From assembly GCA_964473815.1 (NCBI GenBank), contig CAYYQK010000002.1:105128-169127 (forward strand): a stretch of 64,000 nt of DNA, given 5' to 3'. The DNA comes from an uncultured Candidatus Saccharibacteria bacterium (GTDB taxonomy: Bacteria > Patescibacteriota > Doudnabacteria > UBA920). The notes beneath the pieces are model-generated. The model did not search any database. It worked only from the letters and a program-made list of their open reading frames with translations, and was not told where the DNA came from. The translations under genes and the position numbers were made by a program. Of the stretch, positions 18,864-28,223 are shown piece by piece (within the stretch, counting starts at the first letter, position 1; the number at the start of each line of letters is the position of its first letter).

Positions 18864-19355
18864 TTATTTTGCTTGATTCTGTTTGTTTTTGGTCAAAGCT
18901 TGGATGAGCGCTTCTTGTTCTTCGCTGCTCAACACATGTTCGCTTGTTCCGCTATCGATTGCTTTGGCATAAATTCTGTTACTTGCCCGACCGTGCAAAC
19001 TGGTAATAACAATTCCTGACTGATGCGCGTCAAGCAACGCTGCACTAAAACTTAAGTTGCCACCATCATCGGCCTTGCTGTCATAACGTACCACTGCAAC
19101 ATTTTGCGTAGCAGTGTTGAGTTGTTTAGCAATCGCTTCGAGTGTAGCAATTGTGTTTGCCGCATGATCATCAAAATGATCCAACTTGCCAATAATGTGT
19201 TCTACTACTTCTTCCAAGTTCTCGGGTTGATTTTCATCTTTGAAGAACTTGCGAAGACTTCGCATTTTGCGAGAAGCAATTACTGCGTAAACGCCAAGAA
19301 CCACAGCGATTAACGAGGCAGCTAAGGCGATGTAAGGTAAAATAGTAGCACTCAT
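18864..19355 (-). CDS. DUF4446-like membrane-anchored protein
   Basis: N-terminal TM; VVRYD..GGNLSFSAALLD..GIVITSLHGR..RIYAK..LSSEE. Confidence 0.75.
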   Translation of the reverse strand: MSATILPYIALAASLIAVVLGVYAVIASRKMRSLRKFFKDENQPENLEEVVEHIIGKLDHFDDHAANTIATLEAIAKQLNTATQNVAVVRYDSKADDGGNLSFSAALLDAHQSGIVITSLHGRASNRIYAKAIDSGTSEHVLSSEEQEALIQALTKNKQNQAK

Positions 19356-19444
19356 AGTAGAGCTATTGTAGCATTGAAAATGCGTCGCTTTCAAGCACTG
19401 AAAAACAGCTTGATTTTGCTCCACTGTGTTGATATACTGTGCAT

Positions 19445-19753
19445 ATGTCTAAACGTAATCGATACAAATTTCGCAACAAAGAAGCAATGCGAAATTCAAA
19501 TGAAAGTTCGCAACAATCAACAAGTTCTTCTACTGGTTCAGCAAGTACAACCAGCTCAGCTCCTTCTGCAATCGGCAGTAGTCGTAGCAATGGCGCTTTT
19601 GCTCAGCACGCTGCAGAGTACCGCACTATTCGCAATGACATGATCCGTTTAGTAATCTTAAACGGCATTATGTTGGCCGCTGTAGTTGTTCTATATTATG
19701 CTAATCGTTCTTCAGGAATAGTAGAAAAACTTTACACTCAAATTTTCCACTAA
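19445..19753 (+). CDS. hypothetical membrane protein
   Basis: Ser-rich N-terminus, C-terminal TM, TATACT 6 nt upstream of ATG. Confidence 0.65.
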   Translation: MSKRNRYKFRNKEAMRNSNESSQQSTSSSTGSASTTSSAPSAIGSSRSNGAFAQHAAEYRTIRNDMIRLVILNGIMLAAVVVLYYANRSSGIVEKLYTQIFH

Positions 19754-19823
19754 TCGTGGTTAATAAATATAATTGATAAAACCGCATAATGCGGTTTTTA
19801 TTTTCTTTCTATATAATAGCTGT

Positions 19824-20294
19824 ATGTTAAAGATCAAGATAATTTGTTTGGGAAAATTTAAAGAAAAGGCTTATGTGGAACTTGAGAAAGAATATCTCAA
19901 GCGGCTCAGGCCTTTTGCCAAAGTCACTATGGTTGAGCTGCCAGAAGTTTCATACCGATCTTCAGATATTCCTGACAAAATCAAGGAAAAAGAAGCCGAA
20001 AGTATTGTGAAACAGCTTCCGGATGATGCTTTGGTAATTTTGCTTGAAGAAAAAGGGAATCAGTATGATTCCAAGCAATTTGCTGACTTTTTAGAAAGAA
20101 TTGGTGGTTTGGGGCAAGAATTAGTGTTTGTTCTGGGTAGTGGTTTAGGGCTGCACAGTTCTTTGAAGGCCTATAGCAATTACACAATTTCCCTTAGTCC
20201 CCTAACTTTTCCGCATAATATGGCCAGAGTTTTGTTGGAAGAACAAATTTACCGGGCTTGTACGATTATTTCTCGCAAAGAATATCATAAATAG
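19824..20294 (+). CDS. rlmH: 23S rRNA pseudouridine-1915 N3-methyltransferase
   Basis: IICLGKFKE, SLSPLTFPHNMARVLLEEQIYRA, YHK. Confidence 0.95.
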   Translation: MLKIKIICLGKFKEKAYVELEKEYLKRLRPFAKVTMVELPEVSYRSSDIPDKIKEKEAESIVKQLPDDALVILLEEKGNQYDSKQFADFLERIGGLGQELVFVLGSGLGLHSSLKAYSNYTISLSPLTFPHNMARVLLEEQIYRACTIISRKEYHK

Positions 20295-21649
20295 TCTGGA
20301 TCTGAGTCTGGGTTGGAATGTTTCACGTGGAAACTTAATCCGATCAAAAGCCACAAAAGCAGCTGAGTTGGCCAGATTGTATAGAAATAATGGTCGAATA
20401 GGAACATAACCGCAAAAGCTGCTGCAATGGCAAGTAAAACCATGTTCCATATGTCCTTTTCACGCTTAAATAAGCCAATTACTGGGTATATTAACAAGAT
20501 AAACACAGGGATTGCACCCAATCCCCATTCCGCCCAAGTGATCAGGTAAAAGTTGTGGATTGGCTGTATTTCCCAAGGCTGAAGAATGGTCTGCTTAAAG
20601 TCTTGGGCATATTGTTTCATGTGCAACACACTCGTTCCTGGCCCAAATCCAAAAATAGGCTTATTCTTAACCATTTCTAGCCCGAGCTGGTTGTAAAACA
20701 ACCGTTCTTTAGTGGAATTGTCAGAAATTGTGGAACGAGAAGCTAAATATGGGAATAAAGTCATCCCCCAAATAAGCAGGATTACCCCCAGCGGTAAAAA
20801 TAGCTTAAATATGTGGGAAAACATCTTTTTTACCACAATGTAAACGAGAATTACAAGCAAGCCTGCAGCAAGTCCGAGAATTGCTGCACGTGAAAGCGAA
20901 ATGAATAAACCAAAAGAGTTCAAAGCCAATAATAGCCATAAAACCGCATGTTGAATAGTTTCACGTGAAAACTTACCACGTGGTAGATTCTCACCACGTG
21001 GTTTTTGGTAAGTTATAGCAAGTAAATATAGGTTTAAGAGCACACAGACGACCAGGAAAGCCCCTAAAAGATTAGAATGGGGAAATGTGCCATAGCCGCG
21101 AATCAAGGTCGTTCCATGGGAAACAATCTTTGCTACCCCGAAAGTGCTTGCACTTAAGTGAGATTCCCCAAGTTTATACAAACCAAGAGAGTGTTGTGTG
21201 TAAAATTGGAAAATGGCAATGAGGGATTCCAAAAACCCTAAAAAGCTAAATAACCAAGCCAGCTTTTCACGTGAAACGTTTATTTGCGAAACCGAAGCAG
21301 CAAAAACAATCAAAAATAGGAATCTGAGTGAAAAATAAGCTTGAAGGGGAAGTGTTGCACGTGAAGCGACGAACAACTCGAGAATCAACCACGCGCCGGC
21401 AATTAATCCACTATATTTCCACACTTTGGGAATTTTCCACTTCCGATGAAACAGCAACATCAAAACTACCAAGGCAACTAGAACTAAATCGCTAATATAT
21501 AGAGAGAGGGAAGTGAAGTCAGAGTAAGCGCCGGTTTGAAAGTTCCACGCGGAGTCGAATACGTGCCGGATGGGAAAAGGAATCAAACAAATTAATAGAA
21601 AAAACAAAAATTGTGTTGCACGTGAAATGTTGATTGATGCTTTGTTCAT
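20285..21649 (-). CDS. O-antigen ligase family membrane protein
   Basis: Multi-TM; RGYGTFPHSNLLG, SLSRAA, GFGPG, PIHNFYL. Confidence 0.85.
   Translation of the reverse strand: MNKASINISRATQFLFFLLICLIPFPIRHVFDSAWNFQTGAYSDFTSLSLYISDLVLVALVVLMLLFHRKWKIPKVWKYSGLIAGAWLILELFVASRATLPLQAYFSLRFLFLIVFAASVSQINVSREKLAWLFSFLGFLESLIAIFQFYTQHSLGLYKLGESHLSASTFGVAKIVSHGTTLIRGYGTFPHSNLLGAFLVVCVLLNLYLLAITYQKPRGENLPRGKFSRETIQHAVLWLLLALNSFGLFISLSRAAILGLAAGLLVILVYIVVKKMFSHIFKLFLPLGVILLIWGMTLFPYLASRSTISDNSTKERLFYNQLGLEMVKNKPIFGFGPGTSVLHMKQYAQDFKQTILQPWEIQPIHNFYLITWAEWGLGAIPVFILLIYPVIGLFKREKDIWNMVLLAIAAAFAVMFLFDHYFYTIWPTQLLLWLLIGLSFHVKHSNPDSDPDYL
20319..21629. repeat. cluster of ~8 parS-like palindromes (TGTTtCACGTGAAACA-like)
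   Basis: 16-mers at 20319, 20613, 20882, 20957, 21110, 21263, 21353, 21614. Confidence 0.75.
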
Positions 21650-21681
21650 GGTATAATTGTAGCATCACAATTAAATTTAAA

Positions 21682-21756
21682 CTCCCTGTAGCTCAATGGA
21701 TAGAGCAGCTCCGTCCTAAGGAGAAGATGTAGGTCCGATTCCTACTGGGGAGACCA
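21682..21756 (+). tRNA. tRNA-Arg(CCT)
   Basis: ctccctgtagctcaatggatagagc...gtCCTaa...ggtccgattcc...gagacca. Confidence 0.9.
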
Positions 21757-21762
21757 AAAAAC

Positions 21763-22056
21763 ATGCTGGATAATTTAAAAGACAAAAAGATAGAAGAGTT
21801 AAATGCAAACTTAGGAAAACTAACTCGACAAATGGGTAGTTACTGGTTGGCGTTAGGGAAGGGGTTGTTATATGGATTTGGGACTGTGCTAGGCGCGGGA
21901 GTGGCAATTATTTTGATCGGTTGGTTCTTGAATATTATTGGAGTAATCCCAGCTTTAAAAACTTCTGCGGATCAATGGCGCTCAGCTTTCCAGCAAACAC
22001 AAGATAAGGGTTTGTTGCCTACTAACGATAGTTCGCAAACAACAACACCTCAATAA
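21763..22056 (+). CDS. small membrane protein (DUF5665-like)
   Basis: KGLLYGFGTVLGA TM motif. Confidence 0.65.
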   Translation: MLDNLKDKKIEELNANLGKLTRQMGSYWLALGKGLLYGFGTVLGAGVAIILIGWFLNIIGVIPALKTSADQWRSAFQQTQDKGLLPTNDSSQTTTPQ

Positions 22057-22067
22057 AAAGTTTTTCC

Positions 22068-22143
22068 GGGCCCTTAGCTCATCTGGTAGAGCGCTTCCAT
22101 GGCATGGAAGAGGTGAGGGGTTCGATTCCCCTAGGGTCCACCA
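22068..22143 (+). tRNA. tRNA-Ala(GGC)
   Basis: gggcccttagctca...atGGCat...ggttcgattcc...gtccacca. Confidence 0.95.
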
Positions 22144-22204
22144 GAAAATATTTCTAAGCACGCCGCGAGGCGTGTTTTATGTTCTATTTTGATATAATAC
22201 TGAT

Positions 22205-22657
22205 ATGGAATTAGTTACAGAAACACGGCTAGATTTTGACCAAACCGTAAGTGATGAAGACCGGTTTGTGATCCGCCGCATCTTGGATAAATTTGCTGAT
22301 GCTGCAAATCGCGGTGATGTAGAAACTTTGAATGCAATGATTGCAGATTCAACAGTAATAGAAGGTTTTTCGGATTTGCCATATATGAAACAAGAGTTTG
22401 TGTCGATTGTATCGCGGTGGCAAACTAGAGGACGAAAGCACATTATGCGGTTTCCAAAATTGAAATTAAGTTATAGTCACTATTTGTATCATCTGGTTGG
22501 AACTTATGAAGAATTTATTGATAACATTTTGGCCACCGAAGGCACGATTGAATTAACTATGGTGAAGCACGACGAGGATGCAGCAGTAGAGGGAAGTGAA
22601 CAGTTTCAAATAGTAAAAATTGTGTTTTACCCGCGCATGCGCTTATCCGAAGAATAG
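22205..22657 (+). CDS. hypothetical protein, NTF2/SnoaL-like
   Basis: IRRILDKFADAANRGDVETL N-terminal pattern. Confidence 0.6.
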   Translation: MELVTETRLDFDQTVSDEDRFVIRRILDKFADAANRGDVETLNAMIADSTVIEGFSDLPYMKQEFVSIVSRWQTRGRKHIMRFPKLKLSYSHYLYHLVGTYEEFIDNILATEGTIELTMVKHDEDAAVEGSEQFQIVKIVFYPRMRLSEE

Positions 22658-22683
22658 TTTATAATAGCGTAAACTAACGATTT

Positions 22684-22771
<88 letters not shown>

Positions 22772-22791
22772 GAAAGTTAAAATGTAAAGTT

Positions 22792-22974
22792 ATGCCAATT
22801 GACGAAGGCTTAAATAAAATTTTGAAAGAGATGTGGCGCTTGGATAACAAGCTCATGAAGAAAGAAGATCTCGAATTGAGTGAGAAAAGTTTTTACAATG
22901 AGAATTTAGAAATTATTCAGGGATACTATTGGGAAAATAATATTCACTGGAAAGAGAAAACTAAATTAAGTTAA
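22792..22974 (+). CDS. small hypothetical protein
   Basis: ATG after tRNA-Ser; operon-like spacing. Confidence 0.5.
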   Translation: MPIDEGLNKILKEMWRLDNKLMKKEDLELSEKSFYNENLEIIQGYYWENNIHWKEKTKLS

Positions 22975-22981
22975 AACAAAC

Positions 22982-23362
22982 ATGAAAACAAATTGGTCAA
23001 AAATTCACACATTGTTGCTAACCTCATTTGTACTTGCGGGCGCGTTGTTATTTTTTGGAGGACTCAAAGACAAAGAGTCGAGCGATGTAATTAATTTAAT
23101 TTTAACTATGTCAGTGGCCATGGGTGGATTTGGTTTGGTTGCGTTTCAAATTGCGCATGCATCAAATGAATTGCGCAACGACTTTATTGAGTCAACAATT
23201 TTGATGGTGCTGTCGACCGTGGCCGGATTCTTCTATGTAATTTACCCGGAAGTTAGTTTGTTAAATTTTAACTTTGGCGAAGTTTCAATTTTTATTTTTT
23301 TCTGGGCGCTAATTTTGTTTTTGATGATCTTAATAGACAAACGATTTAACTTTTTAAAATAG
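22982..23362 (+). CDS. four-TM membrane protein
   Basis: Four hydrophobic segments. Confidence 0.65.
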   Translation: MKTNWSKIHTLLLTSFVLAGALLFFGGLKDKESSDVINLILTMSVAMGGFGLVAFQIAHASNELRNDFIESTILMVLSTVAGFFYVIYPEVSLLNFNFGEVSIFIFFWALILFLMILIDKRFNFLK

Positions 23363-23368
23363 TAAAAT

Positions 23369-23935
23369 ATGAAGCGAGTTTTTTTAGTACACAGATGGTC
23401 AGGACAACCGTTAGGGGATTGGCGGCAGTGGTTGAAAACTGAATTGGAAAATATGGGATACGAAGTTTTTGCTCCAGAGATGCCAGATCGCGAACACCCA
23501 ACAATTGAAAATTGGGTTTCATTTTTAAATGAACAAGTTGGCGAAGTTGATGAAGATACTTATTTTGTTGGTCACAGCATTGGGGTGCAAACTATCATGC
23601 GATACTTGGCGCAAACTAAAAAGAAATGTGGTGGCGCATTGTTCGTAGCTGGTTGGTTTAATTTAGAAAACTTGGAGTACGCTGATCTTGAAGTCGTTGC
23701 CCAGCCATGGATCGATACCCCAATCGATATCGATCACCTTCAATTGTCTATGCCAAAATCCACTGTGTTTATTTCCGATAACGATTCGTACGGTTGTATT
23801 GATGAAAACAATCAGAAGTTTGGACAGCTTGGTTCGAAGATAGTATTAGTCCATAATGCCGGCCACTTTACCGATGTTGACGGTTTCACTGAATTTCCGC
23901 TATTATTGGAAGAATTTAATATCATCGCAGAATAA
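23369..23935 (+). CDS. alpha/beta hydrolase, RBBP9/YdeN family
   Basis: VGHSIG nucleophile elbow, SDND, AGHF. Confidence 0.88.
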   Translation: MKRVFLVHRWSGQPLGDWRQWLKTELENMGYEVFAPEMPDREHPTIENWVSFLNEQVGEVDEDTYFVGHSIGVQTIMRYLAQTKKKCGGALFVAGWFNLENLEYADLEVVAQPWIDTPIDIDHLQLSMPKSTVFISDNDSYGCIDENNQKFGQLGSKIVLVHNAGHFTDVDGFTEFPLLLEEFNIIAE

Positions 23936-23949
23936 AAAAAACGAGCCGC

Positions 23950-24510
23950 TCATGATTGAGCGGCTTTTCTAGTTTCGTATTCGTCAATCGGATAGATTTC
24001 CGTTGGTTTGATTAGCTTCTTTTGGCGTGGGCCATAATAGACTTTGGCGTAAATCTTTTCTCCTTCTAGCAAAGCTTTGGGAAGCCACGTTTTATCGCCG
24101 ACCATCATCCGTTTCCACGGCAGTCTGTTTATTCGGATCCATCGGGCGTTGATCATGGTGTTGGTGTCATGAATGTTGCCGGTAAATTCTGTTAGCGTGT
24201 AGAAGTGGATTGTAGTGATAAACTTAAATCCGTCTTCAGTGATGTTGTGGAAATCGACAATGGCAATTTTCTCTAGAGAGTCGATGTTCCCATCCAGTCC
24301 CCAATTGTCGCTTATTTCGCCACCGGTTTCTTCTTTGGTTTCACGAATCGCACAGTGTTCTAAAGTTGCGTCTTTATCTTCTTCGAATCCGCCGCCCCAG
24401 CCCATCCAGCAATTCTTGCCGATTTTCTTGGTTTTAAAACCTTTCAGTATTTTACCGTCGCGCATGGGATACACTACGGTTCCAAGATAAAGAACTTTTT
24501 CTTTTTCCAT
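23950..24510 (-). CDS. NUDIX hydrolase (MutT-like)
   Basis: GGGFE..TLEHCAIRETKEETG; AAGGAG SD before 24510. Confidence 0.85.
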   Translation of the reverse strand: MEKEKVLYLGTVVYPMRDGKILKGFKTKKIGKNCWMGWGGGFEEDKDATLEHCAIRETKEETGGEISDNWGLDGNIDSLEKIAIVDFHNITEDGFKFITTIHFYTLTEFTGNIHDTNTMINARWIRINRLPWKRMMVGDKTWLPKALLEGEKIYAKVYYGPRQKKLIKPTEIYPIDEYETRKAAQS

Positions 24511-24552
24511 AGCATCTCCTTTAGCATGAGTTTGTTTATCCATACAGTAATA

Positions 24553-24709
24553 CTTTATAAAAACTTTATCAATACTTTAGAAATATTTTAGAAAATCTTT
24601 ATATATATGCCACCCTTTTGTTGCTTTGTCCAATATGTGACATAAATATAAAGTTTTTCTGAAGATTTTAGAAAAGTTTTGGTTTTTCTTTATCAAAACT
24701 TTATATGGA
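24553..24709. repeat. 11-bp periodic CTTTAnnAAWA direct repeats
   Basis: Five units at 24553-24607; further units at 24666 and 24688-24709. Confidence 0.7.
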
Positions 24710-25708
24710 CTTTATCATGCTTTGGTAAAGTGAAAGTTGGCCCATGACACGCGCCTTGTTATGGGCCTTGCGGCTATCGTATTTGGTTTCATCCCAACCA
24801 AAATATGAGTCTTCAACATAGTCATTTAAGAATCTGCAGGCTAGGCCAACCATAAGTAGTTGAGAAGCCTGTGGTATTAGAGATTTCTCTCTTTCCGAGA
24901 GAAGGCTTTTAGAAGTGAAATACCCGTGCAACAAAGCATTGTATACTTCTCTATTAAAAGAGTTGTTTGGATCATCTTCCACTTGCCCGCACCAAGAACG
25001 AACCGCATCAGCTATATCTATAATTGGGGGTAATATCTGGATCGTATCGAAGTCGATCATGCAGATAGCTTTGCCATTCGCATCAAAGAGAAAATTGTTA
25101 ATTTTTGGGTCGGCATGAATAATTTGAGTAGGTAGATCCTTTGGCAAAATTAACTTTGGGAGTAGTTCGTGAATCAACTTGGCTGCTTCACGAATTTGAG
25201 AGTCGGGATTTGAAGTTAAAACTGGCATCAGTCGCTCGAGCTTTTCAATTACCGTCTCGAATTTATGTAAGATGCATCCAATTTCTAACTGGTTTGGGTA
25301 CTCTTTTAAAATTTTGTGCAAACTTCCAAGTGTTTCACCGCCTTGCGTTGCTATTTCTGTTCCAGTGCTTTGGTCATAAGAAGTTCCTTCTACTCCTCGA
25401 AGTAATCTCCATCGCCAATCGCTTTGCTCATCGTCCTCAATCCATAGTTCGTCCTTTTGTGTTTTGATTATGGTTTGAGTTGTGTGTCCGTGTTCGTACA
25501 AAAATTGTGTCACGTGAAAATAATTATTCATTGCCCCATCCATCGAAACAGCCGGATGAACCAACTGCAATACAAATAACTCCTCGTTATTTGGACGAAT
25601 CAAAAAAGTTTTATTAAGCAAGCCACTACTAGCCCGCTTTATAATAGAGGGGTCAATATTTTCTAAGCTGGGCAATGCCCAATTGTGCAACGCGATTTCT
25701 GGTTTCAT
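24701..25708 (-). CDS. aminoglycoside phosphotransferase-family kinase (sugar/hexosamine kinase-like)
   Basis: GLLNKTF, IHADPKINNFLF, IDFDT. Confidence 0.85.
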   Translation of the reverse strand: MKPEIALHNWALPSLENIDPSIIKRASSGLLNKTFLIRPNNEELFVLQLVHPAVSMDGAMNNYFHVTQFLYEHGHTTQTIIKTQKDELWIEDDEQSDWRWRLLRGVEGTSYDQSTGTEIATQGGETLGSLHKILKEYPNQLEIGCILHKFETVIEKLERLMPVLTSNPDSQIREAAKLIHELLPKLILPKDLPTQIIHADPKINNFLFDANGKAICMIDFDTIQILPPIIDIADAVRSWCGQVEDDPNNSFNREVYNALLHGYFTSKSLLSEREKSLIPQASQLLMVGLACRFLNDYVEDSYFGWDETKYDSRKAHNKARVMGQLSLYQSMIKSI

Positions 25709-25745
25709 ATTAGTTTCGTATGTGGATTTATAGTATCATAAAACC

Positions 25746-26873
25746 ATGAAGAAAATTTTGATTTTATACACATCAGTTGGTCTAGGCCACAAATATATCG
25801 CTCTCAATATTGGCTATCATTTACAGAAGGCTGGGTATGAAGTAAAATACGCAGACATCCTCCAAGTGCAAAGTGGGGTGATGGTCGACGTAGGCGAATG
25901 GATGCACAGTTTGATCAATCGCCGCTTTCCATTTATTTGGCGTTGGTTGTATTTAAGTAAATTGTTTTCCAAAGTTACTATGCCGCTTCGGGTTCCTCTC
26001 GCAGGTCGAAATTGCGAACATGTGAAACAGATGATCGCCGAGTTTCATCCAGACATGGTCATTGCCACGCAGACTAGTGCGTCTGCTCCTATGGCTTATC
26101 TTAAAAGAACAAATTGGTTTAAGGGTTTGTTTGTCATTGCTTTTAGTGATTTTCATTTTCATCCTTATTGGTGGTACGACGAAGCCGATTACTATCTTGT
26201 TAATATAGAGGAGCAAAAAGAAGAGCTGTTAAGACTAGGAGTGCCGGATAGCAAGATTGCAGTTTGCGGAATTGCACTTAAGCCGCAAGAGCAAGTGGCC
26301 GAAGAAGCAGTGAAACAAAAACTTGGTTTAACTGGCAAACGGGTTGTGCTAATGGCCAGTGGTTCCCTCGGTATTGGTTTTCCAGAAAGCTTACTGATGG
26401 ACTTTGCAAAAGTATTGAAAGAAAAAGAACCTAACGCACAACTAGTGGTGGTCACAGGGAAGAACGAAGCGATGAAGAAACATCTTGAAGCAGAAATCAA
26501 ATCAAAAAAAATTCCGAACATTACTGTCTTAGGATTTTACGAACCGTTTGGTGAACTCTATGCAATCACGGATGTGTTCCTGACAAAACCGGGGGGACTG
26601 ACCACTGCCGAAGCGATTCGCGACAATGTCAAAATGATCACAACTCACTTTTTACCTGGGCAGGAAGAACTGAATTACAAGTACCTGACCGACCGTCGCT
26701 TGATGTTCCCAATCCCGAACCCAAAGACGGCTGAGAATTTAGTCAAAATCGCGCGGGTAGTAATGGATGGAAAACCAGAAGTAGAAAACCCAAATTCTTT
26801 AGCAATTACACAAAAAAATAACGAAGGAACGGTGCTGGTAAAAAGTATTCAAAATCTGTTTCATAATGTTTGA
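25746..26873 (+). CDS. GT28-like glycosyltransferase (MGDG synthase/UgtP-like)
   Basis: SVGLGH, TKPGGLTTAEA, PGQEELN. Confidence 0.88.
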   Translation: MKKILILYTSVGLGHKYIALNIGYHLQKAGYEVKYADILQVQSGVMVDVGEWMHSLINRRFPFIWRWLYLSKLFSKVTMPLRVPLAGRNCEHVKQMIAEFHPDMVIATQTSASAPMAYLKRTNWFKGLFVIAFSDFHFHPYWWYDEADYYLVNIEEQKEELLRLGVPDSKIAVCGIALKPQEQVAEEAVKQKLGLTGKRVVLMASGSLGIGFPESLLMDFAKVLKEKEPNAQLVVVTGKNEAMKKHLEAEIKSKKIPNITVLGFYEPFGELYAITDVFLTKPGGLTTAEAIRDNVKMITTHFLPGQEELNYKYLTDRRLMFPIPNPKTAENLVKIARVVMDGKPEVENPNSLAITQKNNEGTVLVKSIQNLFHNV

Positions 26874-26926
26874 CGAGGCAAAATGTTTGGGTTAGTATGA
26901 GACAAAGACCATTTAACCGCAAAATT

Positions 26927-27613
26927 ATGCCACGGAAAGAAAAATCATTTTTTGGAAAAATCATGGGAGGAGATGTTACAGATGTAGCAGTGGAAGAAGA
27001 GGAAAATACTGCTGAGTTTGAGGACGTAGAAGATGCTGAGGACGAGGAAGAAGATGAAGGACTTGTCGATGAAGAAGAATTAGAAGATGAAGATTTAGAT
27101 GAGTCTGATGACGGGGACTACGAGGATGATGAAGAGGAAGAAGTATCTGCTCCAATTCAAGCTCCTGTTCAGCAGCCAGCTGCAACTGCCCCAGTTGAGT
27201 ACGAAGATACTGAACCTGAGAATGTTGCAGTTGGAAGTTCCTCTGCCCCAAGCTCGCGCGACGAAGAATGGATGAACGATTACGAAGGCGCATTGAATAT
27301 CGACATGTATCAAACTAAAGACAACGTGATAATTAAATCGACCATTGCCGGAGTTCGTCCGGACGACATCGACATCACAGTTGCCAATGACATGGTAACA
27401 ATCAAAGGGGCGCGCACCCGCGAAGAAAAAATTGTGCAAGACGATTACTTCTACCAAGAATGTTACTGGGGAAGTTTCTCCCGTAGTGTGATTGTTCCAG
27501 TCGACATCGACAGTGAACACATCGAAGCAGATTTAAAAGATGGAATTCTGACTGTAATTATTCCAAAAGCCGCGAAAGCGAAAACCAAAAAAGTGAAAGT
27601 TAAAGGATTATAG
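26927..27613 (+). CDS. Hsp20/alpha-crystallin protein with long acidic N-terminus
   Basis: ALNIDMYQT..ECYWGSFSRS..LKDGILTVIIPK; TTGACG-17-TAGTAT promoter at 26870. Confidence 0.9.
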   Translation: MPRKEKSFFGKIMGGDVTDVAVEEEENTAEFEDVEDAEDEEEDEGLVDEEELEDEDLDESDDGDYEDDEEEEVSAPIQAPVQQPAATAPVEYEDTEPENVAVGSSSAPSSRDEEWMNDYEGALNIDMYQTKDNVIIKSTIAGVRPDDIDITVANDMVTIKGARTREEKIVQDDYFYQECYWGSFSRSVIVPVDIDSEHIEADLKDGILTVIIPKAAKAKTKKVKVKGL

Positions 27614-27675
27614 TTGCTGAAAAAAAACGAGCCGGACAATCTGTCCGGCTTTTGTTTGTAAGTATCTATCGTTTG

Positions 27676-28083
27676 CTAGGAAATTAACTTTAGTGAACCC
27701 CAAACTGAGTATGCGTTTGGATCGTCTATCTCACGACCGTATCTGTCGACTGCAACTGGGCAGAGTTCGACTTTATAGCCTTGAAGTTCGTAGTCCTGAA
27801 TTACCTTACCAGGTCTAGGGGTTCGTAACGACCGACTATTCGCCAGTACGTTAGTCAGGGGTTCATACCCTGCATTGTAAAGCAATGTTCGGCTTTTGGT
27901 GACGTGCGTCCTTTCGAAGATTGCGTTGTACTTCTGATCGTCGAAATGCATAAACATTCCGATGACCCCGACGATTTCGAAAAGGATTAACCCAATGCCA
28001 AGTAGGGTACTTACATAAATGGCCGTCGCGATGAAAAAAAGAGTTACGACCACAACAAGTCGAGTGTCGAGTTTATCTTTCAT
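27676..28083 (-). CDS. hypothetical membrane protein
   Basis: Two N-terminal TMs; AAGGAG SD. Confidence 0.6.
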   Translation of the reverse strand: MKDKLDTRLVVVVTLFFIATAIYVSTLLGIGLILFEIVGVIGMFMHFDDQKYNAIFERTHVTKSRTLLYNAGYEPLTNVLANSRSLRTPRPGKVIQDYELQGYKVELCPVAVDRYGREIDDPNAYSVWGSLKLIS

Positions 28084-28223
28084 AGCATTTCTCCTTGTGG
28101 TTTTTTCTTATCCCACATAATACGCCTAAATTAGACTTTTAGTCAATATTTGCTATGTACAAACAGCCCCAAAAATGGTATAATTTATAGGAAATAAGCT
28201 TTTAAACTAGTAAAACTAGATAA

